Of a DNA stretch of 49,277 nt, positions 18,501-30,850 are shown piece after piece. The DNA is taken from NCBI RefSeq assembly GCF_001186125.1, contig NW_014040035.1:5456-54732 (forward strand). Direction: 5' to 3'. The translations under genes and the position numbers were made by a program. Origin of the DNA: Sphaeroforma arctica JP610 (lineage: Eukaryota). A model generated the notes under the pieces. The model did not search any database, was not told the DNA's origin, and was given only the letters and a program-made list of their open reading frames with translations. Positions within the stretch are counted from its first letter, which is position 1; each line of letters starts with the position of its first letter.

Positions 18501-19514
18501 TCCAGTTATCTTTTGAAGCAGATTTCATGTAGTGTGCGGTAAATATTCAAGTTACGCTGAAATGGAAACACCTCCACAGATTGTATCGATCTTTTTCTGT
18601 GTGGCTCAATAGCCGATTGAGTGATCTGACAGTTAGTCATACATATGTTGGCTGACAAGTACAGATCAACACACCTCCCCAGTACAGAGTTCGATGCGCA
18701 AGAAATTATTCTGGTACCGACGGAGAGTCCCATATACCAAAGGCTATGATCAACTCTTCTCCTCGTACAACCAGGAGTATACCACGCTCCGAATGGATCG
18801 ATAATCTGTGCGAATAGTCATCGATACGGAATCGAACTACACCACCCAGTTATCACTTAGGCATTCGTATATAATATTTAGCTATCTACTTAATCTCTGG
18901 CCAAAGACAGCTGCATTTACTACGCGAATAAAGAATTACGCACAGCTCGGCTGGGCACGAATCACTAAAGAGACACTGTATGGTTGTGTTGCAGCTAACG
19001 GCATCTTCGAACTTACGATTTTACCACAAGTGTTGTCAAAATTCTAAGAATAGGCATCATGAGCCACATAGGCTTGTGACTAACAGCGTTTATCTTGATT
19101 ACCGGAGATCGACCGCACTATCATGGGTTGACAAACTCGTGAAATTACTACTCCTATGTATAGCGACCGGTGGTACAAAATTAGAAGTCACCTACGCCCG
19201 TCCTTTATAATATCTTGTGATCAATGGCACTATCCTAGTATGATGATTTCAATGGTAATTGACAAGCTTATAGGACTATGACGAACTCGTTTATTTATCT
19301 CAGATCAGATGGCTCGAGTTCGATCGAAGAGCCATCCACAATTGCGCATGACGAATTGCATATATTTAGATCGACTACAGATCAGCATACTCCTTCCCGG
19401 TGGCCAGTACACATTACCGATGGTCAATAAACCCTTTTTTAAATTAAAAGGTGACTGTGACTTTAACAAATTCGCTTGTTGTGCTGCAAATCACCGCGCA
19501 CCTATGCACACTGT

Positions 19515-19583
19515 TACTCAGCAATTAATACTTAGCAAGTAATACTCAGCAAGTAATACTTTGCAAGTATTACTCAGTAAGTT
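19515..19583. repeat. 14-bp minisatellite (TACTCAGCAAGTAA-like), 5 copies
   Basis: tactcagcaattaa tacttagcaagtaa tactcagcaagtaa tactttgcaagtat tactcagtaagtta. Confidence 0.85.
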
Positions 19584-20229
19584 ATTTCGTGCATCAATGC
19601 TTCCAGACATGTGTCATGATTATCATGACTGATGGTACAATCACCGTCATTTGTAAAAAGAACGCAGCCCCTCAGTGCTTCCAAAGGTTTACTCGTCGCC
19701 TTCAGGCTGATCCTGAACTCTCGTACGACGCGTAATGGGAAAATATCACTTACACGATCCCACATGCACTGCTGAAGGTGATCTTTCGTGCTGCGAAAAG
19801 CCAAGCATCGGCTGAACCTTCGACCCAGCTCTCGGCTACAGAATTCATGGCGGGCACCACTGAACATGTGCATCAAGCAAAGATCTCGACTATTGATCCG
19901 AGCAGTACTCCCCAAGTGAGGAAGCAGTAGCTCAAGGTGTGACGTTTCAGCTAGTTGTCGTTGGTGCAGATGAACCATTCCTGCGAAAGCGATACGCTCT
20001 GCAATATCTTGTGACACGACCGAGGGTAGCACTTTAATGAAGAGCCCAGATATCCTCACCTCATGTGCAACCAGAACTTGTTAGCATTTCCTAACGGTTT
20101 AATGAGTTTATTTAAGAATAAGAAACTCTATGCGTTCAACCTAAGCTTTAAGGATGCACCAGACAGAGCGGGTGCCACACTTACAATAATTAGTGGATGA
20201 AATGGCCATCACCTTCAAAATAAAAATCT

Positions 20230-21540
20230 TGACACTATTGTGGACTCCTTGTTCGTCTCTGTAAACTCAATCCACGCTGAATCCATTAAGCAGTCACGGA
20301 GATAATGATGGCGAGTGTCAATGTGTTTGCGTCGCTTCGGAACGCCAGTGCCTAATGCAATTTTGATCGCACTTTGTCTATATGTAGAAATGTGGGTTGA
20401 AATGGGTCGCATCGAAGGGCGGCTAGGATGTTGCGGGTCCAATAAATGTTACGGGTTGTTTCAGAAGCCACCATGTATTGAGCTTCACCCGAACCTAAAC
20501 TAACTCTTTTTTCACGTTAAGATTTGCAGAATACTTTTATTGAACCATATTTACATTCCAGATTGCGATTTACGAGTGGAAGGACATATCGCCCAGTCAG
20601 AGTCAGTGTAGACGACGAGGGCAACAGCAACGCGGCCCTTGGGATTGAGAAGTGGGCGGTATGTGATGCAGTATGTCTTAGTGATGCCAAGTCTAGAGCT
20701 TCATATTGGGTCTGGGATGGTTGAGTGGTGAATGATGCAAGCATATTGAGTGTGTATGCAATATCGATTTGGATCATATTGGCTGCATAGCCAAGGGCGC
20801 CGAGGAGACGACGATATTACCCGTGTAAGGGGCACCATCAAGTTGATCTGGATGTGTATCACTACCCTGTGTATGTTTGGGATGTGCATTTATGAGCTAA
20901 AATGTGTGTAGCATACGTTAAATGTATGCCTGTTGGTCAATGCTGATAGATTCATTATTGTGATATGTGACGCGAAAGCCAAGTAAGTGTTTGACACAAC
21001 CAAGTTTTTCAAGACTATAGTGCTTTGAAAGGACTGTAGAGAGCCAAGTACTGTCGTTGGTAGCATGCAGGACAGCAGGTCAGATTTTGTCAACATAGGT
21101 CATGACAGTGATGTCACGTGTGGTACTATTCCAAATATTTTTATCAGCAGCCCTTTGAGCAGATTCATGTGTCTTGAGCTTGTTACCAATGTCGAAATTT
21201 CATAGACGTCCTGCTTGTTGAGTCCATATAACCCATGCTTGAGACGAAGCACTGTTCCTTCGGGATAGTGACCAAGTTCTATAGCGTCCTTCGGGGGAAA
21301 CATGTATACCGGTGTATCAAGCTTGATGTATAGAAAAGCAGTGTCAACGTCGAAGTGATGGATGACTTTATCAGAAGCGGCAGCAGCCTCAATGAAGAGG
21401 CGGAGAGCCCAGACGCGGCAGAAGCATAGGTATCCAGATGTGAATCCCCTTTTTCTTGCTCATCGCCTCGAGCAACCATCTGGGCTTGTAGATGATGGGA
21501 CGACCATTTTTATCTTATTTGCGGACAAATATACATTTGG
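20230..21540 (-). mobile_element. Degenerate Ty1/Copia RT-RNase H relic
   Basis: MVARGDEQEKGDSHLDTYA (ARLVARGFxQ-like), LRLKHGLYGL, IDIAYTLNMLASF, KRRKHIDTRHHYLRD. Many frameshifts. Confidence 0.8.
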
Positions 21541-21559
21541 AATGGAAGTCGCTGCCGTA

Positions 21560-22813
21560 ACGGAAGAAATCAGCAGCGTTGCCGAAGCCATCGTTGCTGG
21601 AGATACCAGTCAAGATACACAATACTTCGGAGAAAGATGAGGCAACTTCATTAAGAGAGAAGTCTACCGAGGAGAGGGCCTGTGAGCCAACTATCGCCTC
21701 TGCTTCGAAGCTTTCATTTGCGAAACCAAGAAGCGAGACCAGGGGTGGTGTTAAAACAACCCCCGCTATCTCTGCAGGGGAACCACAGAAGGAAAAGTCT
21801 CATATTTCAGTATTGGATGACGATAACCAAGATGATGTAGGAACATCGAGAGTAGATGATGAAATGGCGAGCCCTAAAAGCCAGAGCGATTCAACAACCA
21901 AGCCCATCGAACCAAGTTATATAAGTAAGTTGACTGATGAAAACTCTAAACTCGAGAATCAGTTAGCCGCACTTAAATTGCAACTCATCAAAGGGAAGCA
22001 AGCAGCTGATCACATAGATCGCATGTATGGATCTGGTGAGTAGGTTAACCGCTTACGCGAAGATGTCTCTGACGACAACACTGCAGCTTTGACGAAGTGG
22101 ACATAGCGTCAAACCTATTTCAGAAACCACAAAGGCACTAAAACTCGACAAATTGGTACCCGAAGATCAAGAGATTGATGGAGGAGATGTTTGCAGGCAT
22201 ACCTAATGTGTAAGTCTACATAGATGGCATAGTCCTCTTCAAAGACAAAAGGTCAATACGCCGCCTTAGTAGGAGGATTGCTACAGCGAATCAACGAACA
22301 AACTTCAAGGTAAACAAGAAAAAAATTAAAAACGCCCCCGGAAAGGTAGGACACTTCCTAGATTGGCCTACATCAATTGCTGTTAGAGATATCAATAACA
22401 TGTGTGAATTTGTAAACTTCTTTTCAGATGAAATACCACATTTAGCGGACTACCTACAACCATTCGGACACTTAAGAAGTTACCAATGTAAACTAAGTTA
22501 AACACGCAGTCCAACAAGCTCCCGTAATACAAGAGCCAGTCGATGGCGTGCCATTCGAAATAGAAAAAGACACCTCCGACCTAGCACTGGAAGGAATACT
22601 TTATTAGGTTATAGATAACAAACCTAGATATAATTCGGTCGAGCTATGGATGCATCACAGTTGAATTACTCAAATGCTGAACGAGAATTGCAAGCTATTG
22701 TTACAGCTATGACACACTTTGAAAATTATCTCTATGGGACAGCTTCTATGCTGATGTGTGACCAATAAATAGTCTCTTCAATATATGAAAAAGATAAAGC
22801 CAGGCTCTTGTAG
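21560..22813 (+). mobile_element. Gypsy family A relic, left part (gag-like fragment plus RT end/RNase H), interrupted by the Copia
   Basis: 22260-22810 is a degenerate homologue of 36420-35760 on the minus strand (CEFVNFFSDEIPHLADYL, DTSDLAL, ERELQAIV). The gag assignment of 21579-22043 is tentative. Confidence 0.75.
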
Positions 22814-23013
22814 TGTTAAACAAATGTAAACAGACAAGAAGTAAATTTACTAGATTCCCCTACTGGGGTCATATAGAGATTTACCGCTTAGGGCGGAAAC
22901 CTTTTCTGTTCTTGACACGGTGTCATATTGCTTGTGATATGACACCTTTCAGTTCATATACCGAACTGTATATATTCTTGAGATTGTCAATGACTGATTT
23001 GTTATGTCCAACA
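22814..23013 (-). repeat. Copia 3' LTR (200 bp); PPT AGGGGAG adjacent at 23014-23020
   Basis: TGTTAAAC...TCCAACA, roughly 90% similar by eye to 28945-29137. Confidence 0.93.
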
Positions 23014-25877
23014 CTCCCCTGAAATCAGTAGGTGGTGAATCGAGAGAATGGAATCGGATACGTTATCACTCTCCCCTGAATTGATTCTCAAAGTCACCGA
23101 TGGTCGCAGAGGAAACAGTGCGCAACATGGCACTGATATGGCGGGAATGGGTAGGACGTGCAGTGTTTTTGGTTAAAATATCGGCTTGGTTGTCGGCAGA
23201 CGAGACAAATTTCATCTGGATGATGCCATTGTCTTGCAGTTCTTTTATGTGATGCATCCGGATATCAACGTGTTTCAAGTGCTTCGTAGGGCCTGTGGAG
23301 GCTATAGCATGGATGGCCGACTTGTTGTCACATTGAAGAACTGTAGGGTATGTTGATGGGAAGCCTAGCTCTGCAACGGCATTTTATAGCCATTGGATAT
23401 GCTTGACTGCTTCAGAAGCAGTAAAATATCCTGATTCAGCTGAACTAGTGGATAGTGTTTGCTGCCGGTGTGATTTCCAAACAACGGGAATCCGGTTAAT
23501 GCGGAGGACATTTCCTGTGGTTCAACAACAAGTATCAGGGCAGGCGGCATAGTCGGCGCCAGAAATAGCGCCATCGATTGGAGGTTCTTTTTGGATGTAC
23601 TTTTCAAATAACGGAGAATACGTTGCGCAGCTAGCCAGTGTTATAGGGAGGGGTTCTCTATGTATCGGGCTAATGTATTGAAGGCGTAGCTAATATCAAT
23701 ACGTGTGAGTACATATAGATACTGTAGCGTGCCGATTAATTCACGGTATGCACACATGTGGCGAGGACCGATATTTTTAGATAGTATATCTTGTGTTGCC
23801 GGTGTCGGTGCAGGGTGACTCTCAGCTAATTCGAAGGTGTCTAAGGCGTCTCGGATGTAGCTGTCTCGCACTAAGCGGATGGAGTCCGGCGTGGTTAGCA
23901 CGCGCACGCCCAATAGCCAACTGGGTGTGCCTTAGTCCTTACAATTGAACTCGGCTTGGAGAATTGATTTAAAGTGATCGACATCGGATGGTCGATGGCC
24001 ACAAATAAGGAGATCATCAACGTAGAGAAGTACAGAGCACTTTAGGTTATCACTATCGGCGATGAATAGGCAAAGATCGCATGCAGCTTGACGGAACCCC
24101 ATTCCGAGTAATTTGTGTTTGATAAGTGCATGCTATAAGCGACCGCCTGTTTAAGTCCATACAAGCACTTCTTGAGCTTGAGCACACAGTCGGCAGGAAG
24201 ACCCATCAGTACCGGGTGGCGGTTTCATATAGATGAGCTCAACAAGATCGGCATAAAGGTATGCTGTGTCGACATCCATTTGAGCGACATGCCAACCTTG
24301 GGAAGCGGCGACAGCAAGTAAAGTTTGCAATTTATCATGGCTGCATGTGAGGGTGTAGGTTTCGTTAAAGTTGATACCTTTTATTTGTGTAAAACCGCGG
24401 ACAAAAGGTCGCGATTTGTATTTGTCGAAGATACCATTGATGAGTTTGACTTTAAACACCCATTTAATAGATACTACAAAGGCATCATCAGGAACCTCGT
24501 CAAGCCGCAGAAAATTGTATGTACCTGCCTGTGTGAGGCTGTCGAGTTCCCTTTGAATAGAAGCACGTCATAAGTCAGCATCCGGGCCCTTGAGCGCGGC
24601 GCGAATAGTCGTCGGGGTAAGTGGATGTTTTTGAACCTTGAGACAGGCACTATAGATACGATGAACAGTGTCGTTGTATGCCGCTTGTTGTTCGGCAATG
24701 GCAGCTGTACATAGTTCGCGTGAGGATGGTGGATATGTGAGATTGATGGGGTACACTATGTCATCAACATCGGCATCATCACTGGGAAGGTGGAGTCTAA
24801 TCGGGGATTGAAGCGCGGAAAGTGCTTTGTGTGTGCTTGTGCGGACATGTTGTAACCCATAACGACGATATTGTTTGTCGGCATGGTTTTGGCGTTTCGT
24901 CCGTTTAACATTCGCAAGCGACCGCAAGTATTTTTGGCGAAGGTTGTGCTCTTTGATGGACATGGCCTGAGGGCATGCTGGTGGAGTGGTCGGTGGCTGG
25001 ACTGTAAGTATGTCATTGTTCTCCATGTTGGAAAGACATGGTAATTGAATTTGACATCACGGGAGTGACATGTTTTACCAGTCTTGAGGTTCAAAATGCG
25101 GCATTCGTCATAGTATTTTGATTGACTGTCATGTCCGAGATAGACGCCTATGTTGACGCACGGGATTGGTCGATAAAGACCACCTGACAACCAAAAGGGT
25201 GGACGTGTTTGATGCGGTCAGTGGTTAGAAGCCCCAGAAAGTCTCCTATGAAGGTTTGTCGTCCTTGTTGTGTTTGTTATGATGAACGGACTTTTTTAAG
25301 GGCGACAAATTGTATGGCTTCACCCCACATATTCGGCGGAATATTGGCTTGTTTCATGTCGCTGAGCATGATGTCATGTATGGCGCCGTTAGCGCATTCG
25401 ACCAAACCATGTAGTGCTGGTGTTGCGATGGGTACATAACGAATCTGGACATGTTCCTGGATGTTGATGTTATTCAACGCGTGGGATGCGAACTCGCCCC
25501 CTCTGTCACACTTGAGTTCGCGTAATTTGGCTAGGTAATCTTTACCAATATCGGTATAGAATTGATCAAGCACTGTGCTCGCGTCGTCTTTGTATTTAAG
25601 GTTGTAGACGAGTGTGTACCCGCTGTTGGCATCAACGAATTTGATGTCGCATGTGTAGCCACTTAGTGGTCGTTGGTAACCCGGTATGGAGATCAACATG
25701 GAAAACAGTACCTACAGGCGGACATGTGTCGTCGTTCTTGCTAATGTGTCGCACCGGACGACGTCGTATCTTGCTTTTAACACATGGGGTACACAAGGTA
25801 AGGTTGGTAGGATGGGCAAGTACATCGGCTTCGGCAGTCAATAAGTCTGCCGTGGGCGGTACAACATACTGGGTGTT

Positions 25878-26290
25878 TCCAATTCGAGCAATACATGTGT
25901 AACGCCATTTCGGGAGTCGAACGACGGTTGTACCATGTTCCAGGAAGGCGTTGGCAGTAGTACGGATGACCTCGACGTGTGAGTGTAATTTTCGCAATGT
26001 CTGGTTGTAATTTTTGGTACTAGGAATGAGTGGAAAACCCATGGTGAATAAGCCATTCTCTTTGTCGAGTTTAGCTAGTGTGATACGGCATGTTGTTCGT
26101 GTGAATAGTATATGGCCATATAAATGTTGGTCTGGTTGGTTCCATGATTGCGTGAATGCGTTGTGAAGTGGTGCATCATCGTTGAGTCCGGGGTACATTG
26201 GCACTTGAGCATTTTTGGCATCGGCGAACAAGTCTATGTCTACTGGTCCGAAGACGGTTGTCACATGTAGGCATGATGTTGTTTTGGAGA
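25878..26290 (-). other. Dam/DIRS-like N6-adenine methyltransferase domain embedded in the Copia integrase
   Basis: FGPVDIDLFADAKNAQ...NAFTQSW...HLYG(H/N)ILF...ITLAKL...FTMGFP...NAFLEHGTTVVRLPKWRYTCIARIG aligns motif by motif with the NPPW-containing domain at 35217-35620. Confidence 0.8.
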
Positions 26291-27266
26291 ATTGTAGTTG
26301 TATACTTGTCACTGTGACCCAGTCGGTTGTGCCACTCGGTGACTGTGCTTGTTGTAAGATGGGCCAATGAATATTGTCCATGGTGAATAGGGATAGTGTG
26401 GAGTAATAAAGTATTCTTGAGGATGTGGCATTCCGGTGGTGTATCGGCATGTGCTGCTGCCGGGAAATGTATATCATATCCATGCTGTTGGAGAAGTTGG
26501 ACTGAAATTATATTCTGTGTGGCCGTAGGCATAATGAGTACAGTGCCGAGACCTGGGATCGTCCCCCGTTGTCGTAGAACTATCGGGCTCTTTTTGGGAA
26601 ACTCAACGATGAATTGGCCTGTCTCTAAATAATGAACGCCATCGGTGGTCGTTCTTATGTGTACCATGGCGCCAATACGCCATGTTGTTCGTGTGAATAG
26701 TATATTGCCATATAAATGTTGGTCTGGTTGGTTCCATGATTGCGTGAATGCGTCGTGAAGTGGTGCATCATCGTTGAGTCCGGGGTACATTGGCACTTGA
26801 GCATTTTTGGCATCGGCGAACAAGTCTATGTCTACTGGTCCGAAGACGGTTGTCACATGTAGGCATGATGTTGTTTTGGAGAATCGTAGTTGTANACTTG
26901 TCACTGTGACCCAGTCGGTTGTGCCACTCGGTGACTGTGCTTGTTGTAAGATGGGCCAATGAATATTGTCCATGGTGAATAGGGATAGTGTGGAGTAATA
27001 AAGTATTCTTGAGGATGTGGCATTCCGGTGGTGTATCGGCATGTGCTGCTATTGGGAAATGTATATCATATCCATACTGTTAAAGAAGTTGGACTGAAAT
27101 TATATTCTGTGTGGCCGTAGGCATAATGAGTACAGGGCCGAGACCTGGAATCGTCCCCCGTTGTCGTAGAACTATCTGGCTCTTTTTGGGAAACTCAACG
27201 ATGAATTGGCCTGTCTCTAAATAATGAACGCCATCGGTGGTCGTTCTTATGTGTACCATGGCGCCA
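26083..27266. repeat. 592-bp near-identical tandem duplication in Copia pol (26083-26674 / 26675-27266)
   Basis: Same 592 offset at both ends and only a few substitutions. Confidence 0.92.
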
Positions 27267-28930
27267 GAGTTGATGAGGGAAGCGGTGAGGTGGTTATGTA
27301 CGGGCCCTTCAGGAATATTTTGGAGTATATTTAATTTATAGTGGCATTTGAGTTGCTCACTTGTAGTGGAGTATTGAGTATATATATCGGTATAAGATGT
27401 ACCATGATTAATGTGAACCATGACGTAGGGGCCCGTACCTTCAATTTTGCATGCAAGCTGCAGCGATATGTCCGGATTTACCGCATTTGGGGTTAGTGCA
27501 GTGAAGTGTGCTTTTATCAATCGGGCACTTGTTGCCCTCGTGATCTTTGGAACCACACTTGTGACATATGGATTTCGGACAACCATGAATACTATGTCCA
27601 ATTTCGTAACAGATTCGGGATTTCTTGAAGTGGTAGGTGAAAAACGGATACCTTTCGTTGTGGTGAATGCATTGATACCAGATCGAAAGATGGACTGTTT
27701 TCCATCTGAGGCTAATAATCGTCTTCATACTTCAAGGTGAGTCGGCAGACCTCATTAATATCAAGTTTGGTGATGTCCATGGCAAATATTGTAGACCGAA
27801 GTAGGCGATAATCATCACCGAGGCTGTATAGCAACGCACATATGAGATTTTTTTCTGGGATGTGTTCGCCGACATCTAGGAGACCATGGCGTAATTCCTA
27901 CAGTTGCTGCATACTTCGTTCAGTGGAGCCAGTGGCCGTAAATGTGATGAGGCATTTCATAGCATCCCAGAATCGACCGTGGCTACCGGTGTTGTTATAA
28001 TTAAAGAACTCAGACGGTGATTTAGAGTAATGGTTTTTGGTGAACAGTGGTAAACAATTCCTCTTTGATTGAGTCTATCGTTATACGTTGGCATCGGGCA
28101 TCGGCGAGCGTATCGGACACCACAAAACTGCTCATAGTCTGGATCAAGTCGATGAAATACTCCGAAATGCGCAAGTTCCATTTTAAGACCCATGATCTAT
28201 TTACTAAAGTTTTCCCAATTCGCAAGTTTAGTACGGTCGTATATGTCTTTGTACTTGGGCCCATATTTTTCGGCATAGCATGATGAATCTACTTCTACAG
28301 CATTAGAGCTTTTTTGAGTTTGGCGATAGACTTCTCGGACTGTTCATAGAGACGCCATTGAGCTTTTGTTAGACGATCTGTTCGTTGTTAGTGATCGATT
28401 TGTAGTGATTCGGGCTTGGCTAGAAGCACTTTGTGTTTATCACCTAACTGCACATTATGACGTTTGTAGTTGTCGAGATCAGTTTGAACATCTTTGCGTT
28501 TTTTGTTTGCAGGATATAGATCACTACGTGCCATTGTATGATGTACTATTGTTTTCGCAGCAGAGCCGAATATTTCATCATAGGAGATGTGAATATCCTT
28601 GATAACGTTGTTGATGGCGTCCATGTGACCATTGGCGGATTCGAGAGAGGTGTATGCGGGTAGTTCTGGCCAGAATTCTCTCGCGAAAGTCTGTGTCTCG
28701 TTGAGAGAAGTAAAAGCTTTGGGCCAGTTGATGACCTCCATTTTGTTACGTGTGAGATTGATTGGCTAAGTGTGTTAAGTATTATGAACTGTAATCAACC
28801 TGTGAGGCTGATGAGTGTTTGGGTAGTATGGTTGTTTTAGTCGGTTTGACTTGATGTCTATATAGTGTTTAGTTTAGGTTGATGTTTAGATGGGTATTAA
28901 TTGTAGTTTGACTTACTATCGTGTGATATT

Positions 28931-28944
28931 CGAGGCCCATAACC
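28931..28944 (-). promoter_or_regulatory. Primer-binding site GGTTATGGGCCTCG (initiator tRNA-Met half-molecule type)
   Basis: Directly abuts the 5' LTR and matches the GGTTATGGGCC motif of Drosophila copia/Ty5-type PBS, complementary to the tRNAi-Met anticodon arm. Confidence 0.85.
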
Positions 28945-29137
28945 TGTTAGACGAATGTAAACAGATAAGAAGTGAAGTAAATTTATTAGATTCCCCTACT
29001 GGGGTCACATAGATTTTCACCGCTCTTTTCTGTTCTTGACACCGTGTCCTATTGCTTGCGACATGACACCTTTCAGTTCATAAACCGAACTGTTTTTATT
29101 CTTGAGATTGTCATTGACTGATTTGGTATGTCCAACA
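28945..29137 (-). repeat. Copia 5' LTR (193 bp)
   Basis: TGTTAGAC...TCCAACA, direct repeat of 22814-23013. Confidence 0.93.
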
Positions 29138-30020
29138 AGTAGACTGAATGGCACAATATCTAAGTTCCACTTTGATATAACACATGGCCTCGGAATAAAT
29201 AACCATTTACCGGATATGTTATCCAGGTTCGTACCAGACTTTAATAAATCAGTACGAGAGTTCTAAGCCATCGATTGGAAGTGTAATCCACGATGGTTCG
29301 AGATGGCTCAATAGATACTTGGGTCACATACAACAAATCTGTTTGCTGCCCTTCATAGCGCACAACTTATAGATTATAGGACATTAAATCCTCTTGTAGG
29401 AGATACGTTTCAAATAGATCTCTCTACTGCGTAGGCTAATCCACCATGGAAGTTAATTGCCCGGTTATTAAATGACGTCCATATACACAAAGCTACCATA
29501 ATGTTGTGTTGCACACTACGGGAATTTAGATCCATGGCTCAATAAATTAATAAGCATGATATAATGCAAGCCAGTATATTTAAATAGGGAAGTATATACC
29601 TTCCTCTATCATGATACCCGGGCAGTCCAAAAGACGCCCCGGAGGCATACTATAATGTATCGCATAGGTCCCAATAAGAACTACCTCTTGGACACCTTTT
29701 GAGACCCTCCTTGAAAAGTCGCAGAGTCGGAAGTTACACTCTTCATAAATTAAACCTAAATCAGTTCAAGAGCGATACAGCACGTGAAATCTGTGCACAA
29801 GAAATACAATCTACAACTGACGTTACAGTTAAGAAGCGGGGTGATTCTATATAGGCAATGTCTCAGTCTTTCAATCCCTCAGAATATTACTTTGTTCACG
29901 AGTCATACATAGCTTTATTTTTTGACTACTCTCGTATACTTAACCTTTTATTGAAACTCTAAGATACTTCATTACGTTAACAGCTTTAAGACAGTAATAT
30001 CGCCTTAAGAGACCGATCTT
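29138..30020 (+). mobile_element. Gypsy family A relic, right part: RNase H end, MTase (NPPW at 29438-29449), linker, then LTR-derived sequence (integrase deleted)
   Basis: Resumes exactly where 22813 stopped (GINNHLPDMLSRFVPDFNKSV). 29850-30020 is the reverse-complement homologue of 39350-39530. Confidence 0.85.
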
Positions 30021-30042
30021 TACAAGATATCAGTAGCATCTT

Positions 30043-30850
30043 CTAGGCGATCAATTTATTTGAACAGTTGGTGGATGGTGGCGCCAGTGAGTGATGTCTC
30101 TTCAGAGTAATGACGAGAGAGACGAATGGCTGCCACTTTTTACTGTGCGTCCAGATTTTGGAATACCTGCTAATGCGTAATAGAGGAGGAGAAGGTTTAA
30201 TGCCACGACTGACGAGGAACTGGCGAGCTTGCTTCTGCTGATCCATGTCCAGTCCACTGAGAAAGATATTAATGATGCAGTCGTCAGCTTTTGGTAGGCA
30301 GTTTGTTGATGAAGTTTAGTACATCGGGTGGCCCAGGTGTACATGAGGTTGCCGACATCTCGTACGAATTGGCGAAGGTTGATGGCCATACTACTGGAGA
30401 AGGTGGGCAAGTAGGGCTCAATGTGGTGCAACAAGAAGTCCTTGGCTAGGAAAGTCGACTACATCGTCGGTGATGGATTGAATGAGTAGAGGTTGTGCCT
30501 TGTGGTAGGTGCTATCCTATTGATGCCTAGCAGGAAGGTGCTGGCGAGCATCGTTCGCCCGAGGGGAAGGCGTTAGTCCGAGCATGAATGAGTTCCTGTT
30601 TAATCGCTGCTGAGACCCGTTGAGAAGCAGTGTTTGCTGTTTCTTCGGGCGTCTGATCATGGAATTTAAAGATTTGGGCTAGGGACTGTTTCTGACCAGC
30701 GATGATGTTGGCGGATAGTCTGGCATACAATTTGTCAATATTGACATCGTCTAAGGAGAGACGGGGTCTAGGGTACAAGTTATTCCGTGCGGAGTCCTCG
30801 TCAGAACTTTGAGTTATAGTAGTAAAGTTTAATTAAATGACCATAACCTA
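30043..30850 (-). mobile_element. Possible 5' part (PBS-like site plus gag-like fragments) of an older Copia element
   Basis: GGTTATGG motif on the minus strand at 30841-30848 followed by broken minus-strand ORFs. No diagnostic gag motif is recognisable. Confidence 0.3.

Larger units (their letters stand above)
22814..29137 (-). mobile_element. Full-length but mutated Ty1/Copia LTR retrotransposon: gag(CCHC)-PR-INT[with inserted Dam-like MTase]-RT-RH
   Basis: Two TG...CA LTRs, near-perfect 5-bp TSD (TGTAG 22809-22813 / AGTAG 29138-29142), PBS and PPT. Gag knuckles CHKCGSKDHEGNKC and CTNPKCGKSGHIAAAC; PR LINSGA; INT WHNRLGH, CTPC, FHVDL, CDRGGEF; RT QMDVDTAYL, LYVDDLL; RH KHVDIRMH, NQADILTK. 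Confidence 0.95.

Noticed and set aside
19515..19583. CRISPR-like appearance of short repeats (also 45495-45845 and 6571-7040)
   Set aside because: No unique spacers, no cas genes, eukaryotic context; these are plain tandem duplications.
19574..20059. 161-aa minus-strand ORF
   Set aside because: No recognisable motif; the opposite strand looks equally coding-like with stops; probably a TE remnant.
26290..26313. Programmed frameshift between integrase HH and the MT domain
   Set aside because: No recognisable slippery site, and the element has many other decay indels; cannot be distinguished from mutation without more copies.
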